A DNA stretch of 56,406 bases, the filler included, from Circinaria calcarea (Eukaryota), in NCBI GenBank assembly GCA_051942165.1. It is 5 parts of 5 records of this genome, joined end to end, with 100 filler letters (N's around TTAATTAATTAA, not from the genome) between each part and the next. Parts side by side here need not be neighbours in the genome. Positions count along the whole stretch, not along the records: positions 45,229 to 56,406 come from JAVECS010000703.1; 4 more parts are not named here. One strand, written 5' to 3'. The notes under the pieces were generated by a model that saw only the letters and a program-made list of their open reading frames with translations, did no database searches and was not told where the DNA came from. Positions 49,051 through 56,406 of the stretch are shown in pieces (position 1 is the first letter of the stretch; every line of letters starts with the position of its first letter). The translations under genes and the position numbers were made by a program.

Positions 49051-52000
49051 ATGTCTTCAAAACACAGCAATAAGTTCCCTCGCGACCCTTGTGAGGACGA
49101 CTCGTGTCGTGGCGAAGTACAGTTAACATTCTATTGTGTTAACTGTGACTGCAGTTTTTGCGATACGTGTTGGGACAAGCAACCTGCTCACAAGCCTAAC
49201 AAGCGTGGATCAGATGGTCATGGTCACGAAAAGATCGATCGTTTAGTGGTTGAGAGATACCGAAATATCCTCGAGCCATGTTCCAATGTTCAAGAGCAAG
49301 ATACCCTGCACAAAGATGATGAAGATACCACCTGGTTTGGAATTGGTCGTAATCAAGCCGGTGATCCAAGTTTCGAAGATTATGGCCGGTACGCTGCGTT
49401 GATGGCGCAAAGTCTCTCGGAGAAATGTAAGGTCAGATACCCCCAACTGGTGTCATTCATTGGACAAACAGGTAAGATGGGCTTGCTTAGCAAAAATATA
49501 CTCCACTGATAGTAAGCAGGAGCTGGGAAAAGTACCGTCGTGAAAATGCTTATCGGTCATCAAGAGATGAAGAGCAACGCGACAGCAGAAGTTCCCTTCC
49601 CATCGCCCGTCGTGGGATCTGTCAATGACAGCATTCCGACCTCAGCCAACGTTCATTTGTACGCCGATCCAGACACTATCTTAAGTGATACACCTGTACT
49701 ATACGCAGACTGCGAGGGCCTTGCAGGAGGCGAGAGTGCTCCAAAGGCGGAGGCATTCAAACTGGATGACAGATTCTCGGAAAGACCCATATTGCGAAAT
49801 GAGTACTCAGAGATAAGTACTCGGAAACGGGTCCAAAGGAAAGCCCACAGTGTATCAAGAAAGCTACCATGGGCTATGGGCGATAAGGAAAAGTCAAGAA
49901 GGGAGTTTGCTGTTACCGAATTGTATCCAAGGTTACTCTATACCTTCTCTGACGTCGTGGTTTTTGTGTTACGGGAACCCAAGTATGTTCAACTTTACTA
50001 CTGAATTTTTCAGAATCAGGCTGCAAAAACATTTGTAAATCGTCAGGCTAACAAAACGGAGGACATTCGAATCAGCAGTGCTGACGAAATTGATTGAATG
50101 GGCATCAGCCTCGTTCGAGAAATCTGTTGGCCAGCCCGTGCTTCCTCACGTTATCATCGCTCTCAATGCAACAGACCTGGCCATAGATGCCAGTCAATGG
50201 GATGTTGGAGAGGCCACACGGAAACTACTTTTCGACGTTGAAAGATCCTTTCAAAAGATACCAGCTCTACAGGCCCATGTTCAAAAATGGCATGCAAAGA
50301 GACGCCCGGTAAAAACCACCAAAGATCTACTGGAGTGTTATTACTCTTCTATCACGGTTGTAAGGATACCTACAAAAGGACGTTATATGCTAATCGATGA
50401 GCAAGTACGCAAGCTGCATACGGAAATTGTTATCAGATGCAATCAATCACATTATAAAAAAAGAAGAGTTCGTATGCTCTCTAATAGTGATGATCTTCAG
50501 CTTTATCTTCAGTTAGCGTTCGATCATTTCTCGTTGAACTGGGAAGCTCCCTTCAATTTTATTGAAGTCGCGCTCAAAATCAATCCGATTCCATCCGACT
50601 TCAGTGGAAACATTCTCAAGCTTGCAGTTGCTGTGAAAGATTACCAGCCCTTGCTTAAATTTGCAGAGATATTCAATCGTCTAAGTCTCATGATAGCTTC
50701 TTGCATCATGTTCGATATTCATCGCTATAGACTTTTAGGTATGTAGCAATATATCTCGTATTTAACTCTTAGTAATTAAGCTTTTATATTTGCATAAATA
50801 ATAAAACACACTAATGAAACCTACACTCCCAATATTTGTAAACAGATTCTTGAAATGCTAATAAATATGAAAACAGGAACACCCAGACACCTGCTGGAGA
50901 ATCATTATGGGATTTACCTCGAGAGAGCTTATGATAACTTCTGTGATCGGCATTGGCCGTGTGCCTTCCAGAAAAATGGCTCCCAATGTGTCAATGTCAA
51001 TTCGGGCCATGAATCAAAGGGACACCAGAATGCTGAGGGGAAAGTACTGGAGGCTGGTAGTTATATTCCATCTTTTCAATATCACCGTGATCTAGTCCAA
51101 TGGATTCACAAAATCGAGCAAGATATGGACACTATCCAGGACTCTAAGGATGAGGAGGCTTCTCGCAGCCGAGACACCGATGTTGATAGAGTTGCCGCTA
51201 CTCTACATGTTGATAGCATAAAGAGATTCTACGATACAGTAGGGTCTGCGAACCAATTTCTAAGCAACTCAACATGTTTCTGCTGCCTGAGAGAAAGTGC
51301 TGCCCATCCCTTGACCTGCGGACATGTCCTCTGCAGCCCATGTGTACATGCATATGGCGTGCACAAAGGGAAAGGACTTGTCGAGATGCCGAAATGTCCG
51401 TTAGACATAGCAATCGAACCGTGGTCGCAACCTTGTCAAATTAATTTTAAACCACCGCTTGCTGGAGTACGAGTCTTATGCTTAGATGGGTAAAGTCACC
51501 TCGATAATTTACCGATCGTACTGTCATAACTAATAAAATAGAGGCGGAATGCGAGGGATTGTCGAACTGGAGGTTCTGAAGGCAATCGAAAGGGAGCTCC
51601 CCGCCAATATACCGATCAGGAGTTTTTTTGATCTTATTGTGGGCACCAGGTACGTTTCTGTCTTCTCCAGGGAAGTCAACCCCCGCAAAAGCATGTCTTG
51701 CCTATGTTCTTTGGTGCACTCGAGACTTCGGCTTCCTCAACTGCCTCTATCGTTTAACAACAGAAGACTCATATTCTTCTTATAGCACGGGCGGTATTAT
51801 CGCGCTGGGACTCGGTGTTGAAGCGTGGTCCGTTAAGGAGTGTATTGGCTACTTTGAGAAGCTTTGCAACACAGCATTTACCCCTCGAGAGATGCATGGC
51901 ATTCCAGTTCTTGAGCAGCTGGCTTTGATGAACCACAAATATAGCAAGTACAAGACCAAGCCACTCGAGGAAGTCCTCAAATCATCCTTTTCCAACCGGC

Positions 52001-54551
52001 CTTTGTTCGGTGGAAAACAAACTCACCCCTACGTACCAGTCAGTGTAGCTGTTACTTCAACAACCGAGACCGGTCAACGTGCAATTCTCTTAACCAACTA
52101 TAATCGTTCGCATCAAAAAGATTGTCACTGTTAGTTTCCGTCCATGAAACTTCAGTGTAATACTAAGAATAATTAGTAGCTGATTACTCGTTTGAGCGAG
52201 CCGAAACCCCTAGTGATGAGCTCAGAATCTGGGAGACGTAAGTTTACTCTCAAACTCATGCCTGAAATCAAATGACTCAATTATCGCTTAGTGCACGGGC
52301 TACGTCTGCCGCACCCTCATATTTCAAAGCTTTCAAAAGTGACCGTAATGGCCGTGCTTATCTGGATGGAGCACTCTATTATAACAATCCTGTCCGAGTA
52401 GCCGATCTCGAAAGGCGACTGATCTGGCCTGATACGGAGAATTCGCCTCCAGATATTCTGCTATCGATTGGCACTAGTTGTAACCGCGCTATTATCGAAG
52501 AAGCTCGACGTGATCTAGAATCATATCGACTAGGGACTAATGTTACATCTCCGGAATCGATCCCTGTGATCGAGGGGAGTGGACGTAAGACATTCAGGCG
52601 AGTGCTGAAAAGGTCACAGTTGAATAAGGTTTTCAAGATAATGAAGAATCGTGTTGGAAACATCCTCGACACGGAGATTACATGGGCTAGATTCATGTCA
52701 GATATTGCACTTTGGGACGAAGATAACAAAACAAGATATTGGCGAGTAAACCCCAATATAGAAGAAGAGCCTCCTAAACTGGATGAAGCAAATCTGCGCG
52801 GTCTCCTGCAAGAGAAGATACACAAGTTGATGGGAAGGGGAGACCGCAAGAAGCAGATGGGACAGATTGCTCGACGGTTGGTTGCTAGCTCTTTTTATAT
52901 AGAAATTTCTCCTTCGACGACAAGCCCACAAGGGTTCGGTAACTCTATTTCTGGTATAAATTTTCCAGCACGTTATGAGTTCGAGCTAATATATCTAGCT
53001 GAGATACAATGCAAGTTTCCCTTTGAGAGTCAACAGATCCGGTGCTTAGGAGAGTATCTTAAGAATGCTACTACCCAGCATTTCCAGCCCCATTTCATCA
53101 TTGGGGAAAAAAATTCAAGCGTACAGCATGTGAAAATCGCAATCACAGTTGACCTAATTCAGAGGATGATAATGGAAGCGACATTTGAGATCAAAGTGAA
53201 AATACCGGTCTCAAATGAGTTTGCGATAACGGCGATTTCGTTGTGCATAATTAACGGAGAGGAGTACCCAATCAGCGGCTTCCCAAGAGCTCTCATGGCC
53301 AAGAAGATTGTGAAAGGTAATGGCATCTATTCAGCTGGCTGCGAATACTCGATGCTAACTGTTATTGCCTAACAGCATTACCTTCGTCTTTTGACAAATC
53401 TGAGAGACGGGGCAAATCGGATTATGTTACACGGAATCCCAGTCCCAGAGACAGCACCATCTCTCAATCCATTGAATCCTCAGATATAGCGTTTCCAGAA
53501 CTCCGCCAACTCCCAAATGAGAGAAAATTGCCGATTCAGTACTTTCTCAAGGATAGAATCTCGAGCTTGCGTAGCAGACACGAGGATGTTCCGATCAAGC
53601 TAAGGCTCCTGGCTGAAGCCACCGAGGAGGCAGACAACGTGGAGGGTGGTGTTGATAGTGATAGCAGTGGACCTTACGGCACTGTTCTCTATACCGCCTC
53701 TATGATCGGCAATCATTGGCTCGTTGAAATGCAAATCGAAGCCGGTGTAGATGTCGCCGCTCTGGATGAACATTCTTGGACGGCATCAATGGTTGCTACC
53801 GCCCAAAGACATCTTCTCTGCGCCAAGCTCCTCTCTGAGCACATGTTGACCGTCGGATTAGATCCTATCGACCAGGCGCTTTCTCCGTCTTGCCTCGTCA
53901 AAAGCGTGTTGAGCGATTTCATTGAGATTGGACCGGATCATTTAACAGCAAAACCGAGTTCCTGGAGTCCTCTTTTACTTATCCGCGTTCAGGTCCGCTC
54001 AGACCATCCAATTCCACCAAGCTCACGGTTTTTCTACTATGAAATGACTATCCTTAACAACGGACCTCTAGGGTACGTGTATTATATTGATAATGTATAT
54101 ATACTTGCTTACTAAATTCTATCAGGATCGTCGGCTTTGGTCTGTGTAGACCTCAAACAAACGCTCTTGGAATGCCCGGTTGGCATGAAACATCTTGGGG
54201 ATATCATGGGGATGATGGGAAAAAGTTCAATTTACCATCACAGCTACGATATTCCGAAACATATGATACCAACGATACCGTCGGCTGCGGCATCGATATG
54301 GAAACGGAAAAGTTATTCTTTACCAAGAACGGGGTAAACCTAGGTAAGTAGCCCCCTTTTGGTTTGCAAAGGCTGCTGACCGTTGCTGTCAAGGTGTAGC
54401 ATTTTCCAATGTGACGGGTATGTTATTTCCTGTAATTGGTATTGGTGAGCGAGAGGTTGAAGTCAGGGTCAATTTTGGTGATCGTCCGTTTGTTTACGAT
54501 GTGTCGGACTTCCATACTGGTAAGCTGTTGAGCAGTATATATGCTATGTGA
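49051..54551 (+). CDS. Multidomain patatin-like phospholipase: B-box-like Zn finger, P-loop GTPase-like domain, RING, patatin, ankyrin-like repeat, SPRY (about 1,580 aa)
   Basis: Twelve exons splice in frame: 49051-49471, 49520-49982, 50062-50738, 50877-51489, 51542-51649, 51786-52129, 52180-52237, 52292-52953, 52999-53316, 53376-54072, 54126-54343, 54394-54551. Motifs CVNC...CDTCWDKQPAH; GQTGAGKST and YADCEG; CFCC...CGHVLCSPC...CP; DGGGMRG, GTSTG, ATSAAP, DGA; MPGW...WGYHGDDG...DTVGCG...FTKNG...VNFG. Confidence 0.88.
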
Positions 54552-55074
54552 GTGTGTAACTATCTAAACTATTTACGCAACGAAAAAGTGCTTTTATGGT
54601 GTGTATAGGAAGTGTTGAGCATAGACCTCATAGTCAACACATGACTCGGTAAGCTCCATGCCTTCCAACATAAGCCTCCTCCCATGGCTACTGTATAGAC
54701 CTAAAGCATATACCATGGTACGGTGTAGAAACACATAGTGCATGCTTAGTTCATAGCACGTATGTGAAAAATGGGCTATTGACCCGCGGGTTGAGAAGCA
54801 TTGCCGAAGCTTTGTGACTACAGTCATAATCGACCAAGCTGGGGGAGGTAACAGGGGAATGGGAATCAAGTCTAGTCGTTTCACTTAGTCATTTCACTAG
54901 AGTATTGTCTTGTCACCGGACGGACAAAAGGGATAGATAGATAGATATACCAAAAGTTACCGCCCTGTTTGGGTGTGCCCTCGCTGTAGCGGTCAAGGTG
55001 AAGGTAAGGGTAGTCATCCCTAACGCCCCTTCTTTCTCATCAGTTCTATCCCCACACCTCCCTATACCACGACC

Positions 55075-55731
55075 ATGTCCAACTCAACCGGCCGAAGAAA
55101 AAGGCCTACAGTCCGGGCAGTCGTCCCCGCGACCCCACCATTCCTCGACCACCGCAGCAACCCCAGTCTCACCGTCTCCCGCGTCCCCACCTACAACCTC
55201 CACCCGCCCATCTTCTCCTTCCAAGTCTACGTGACCAACGGGCTGACCGCCACCGATTGCGGCACCCTCCCGACCGAGCTCCTGGACCGGTTGCATTCCG
55301 GGTCCGGGGATTCCCAACACTGGCGCCTCGACTTCTACTTCCTCCCCGGCGCCTCCAAAGAGGACTGCATGGACCACTACCGCGGCGAGAAAGAGGCGCG
55401 GAAGGCGGACAGCGACCGCCATCTCGTGCCGAGCTACGCCAATAGATATTACCACTGCTACCACAACTTCATCATCCTGGTTCCGGAAGAGGACTGGGAA
55501 GATCAGGGCTTGGCCATGCTCAGTTGGGAGCCGGCCCAAGGAGGCGAACAGGTGCACAGCGTCATGGAATTTCAGGAAAACGTGCCACCCGACGCCGGGG
55601 ACCGAACAACTGATGATCTTCTGTCGGCGGGACTTTGCAGCTCCATGTCGAGTCGGTGTCGGGACTTGTATAGCTTGTCACCGTTCAAGGAGGAGTATGA
55701 TGAATGCTGGGAACTAAAAGGACCCATGTAA
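55075..55731 (+). CDS. Hypothetical protein, 218 aa, intronless
   Basis: ATG-to-TAA ORF with a strong C/G bias at third codon positions and globular composition (WRLDFYFLPGASKEDCMDHYR). No recognised motif. Confidence 0.6.
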   Translation: MSNSTGRRKRPTVRAVVPATPPFLDHRSNPSLTVSRVPTYNLHPPIFSFQVYVTNGLTATDCGTLPTELLDRLHSGSGDSQHWRLDFYFLPGASKEDCMDHYRGEKEARKADSDRHLVPSYANRYYHCYHNFIILVPEEDWEDQGLAMLSWEPAQGGEQVHSVMEFQENVPPDAGDRTTDDLLSAGLCSSMSSRCRDLYSLSPFKEEYDECWELKGPM

Positions 55732-56406
55732 CGATAAACACTATAGATAACACGGGCTAGAATCCTCCGTGGCACCCATGGGCCCCTTGTACAAAGCCCG
55801 CTTTTATTACTTACAGATAGGGGTATGGTACAACTTAATAGCAGAAGTACAATTTTAATATTAATTAATAATTTCTTTACTTAAGCGTATTATCTTTTCA
55901 CGAAAACCACTAATTTCTTTTCTCCACACGGCGGTTGTTGTGGGCAAACGGTCGGGGAAAAAGTGTTAAAATCAGGTAAATACCCCCTTTGTATTTAACC
56001 GGTGCATTAGTGAAGGGATTCTATCTAGCCCGTGTTGTTTGTATTTCTATACATTGGTGCAAAAACGACTGGACTAAAATGCCTCTTTTTTTGGGGGGGC
56101 TCTTACAGTTAGATAAAACTAGGGGCGAAATAATTCGTTATAGTATGAACGCGTTTTCAATCTCCCAAAGAAATGTACGGTTCAGTTCGGTTCGGCTCGA
56201 ATATCCAATTAATTTCCAGGGATCTTTTAGAACACATAAGGGGGCACAGGAATGCACATGTTAGAATTGGTTAAAAGAATATCCTCATCTCACGACTACC
56301 GCAAAATGTTTTGGTATCTTTTCCTTGGCCATGCAAGAAACAAGCAGTAAAATTAATAAAACCTCTCTCATTTTCCCCCTTTTCCTCGCCCTCACCCTCA
56401 CCCCCT

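Noticed and set aside
56388..56406. CCCTCACCCTCACCCCCT at the window end as a telomere
   Set aside because: Only two units and not the canonical CCCTAA; a C-rich strand at the right end is the wrong orientation for a telomere.

Overview
Genomic DNA of a filamentous ascomycete (short GT-AG introns with CTRAC branch sites; RIP-like mutations in repeats). The window is not one locus. It is five unlinked contigs of decreasing length (11226, 11219, 11197, 11186 and 11178 bp) joined by artificial 100-bp N44-TTAATTAATTAA-N44 spacers. Contig 1 holds a Cdc25-type Ras GEF and a single-pass membrane protein with PY motifs. Contig 2 is an accessory segment bounded by transposon relics: a RIP-mutated Fot1/pogo transposase, LTRs, a TPR-like pseudogene, an intact divergent folylpolyglutamate synthase and a DUF3295-type half gene. 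Contig 3 holds the core genes MED17, phosphofructokinase and a Kha1-type K+/H+ antiporter. Contig 4 is a fully pseudogenised metabolic cluster (PLP aminotransferase, MFS, O-methyltransferase fused to an AsaB/CmcJ-like domain, a second MFS, Zn2Cys6 regulator) hit by an LTR and a MITE. Contig 5 carries an apparently intact 12-exon gene of about 1,580 aa with the architecture B-box-like Zn finger, P-loop GTPase-like domain, RING, patatin phospholipase, ankyrin-like repeat, SPRY. That gene is the strongest candidate for an undescribed, possibly immunity-related system. Exon models were built by hand and family names come from motif recognition, not database searches.
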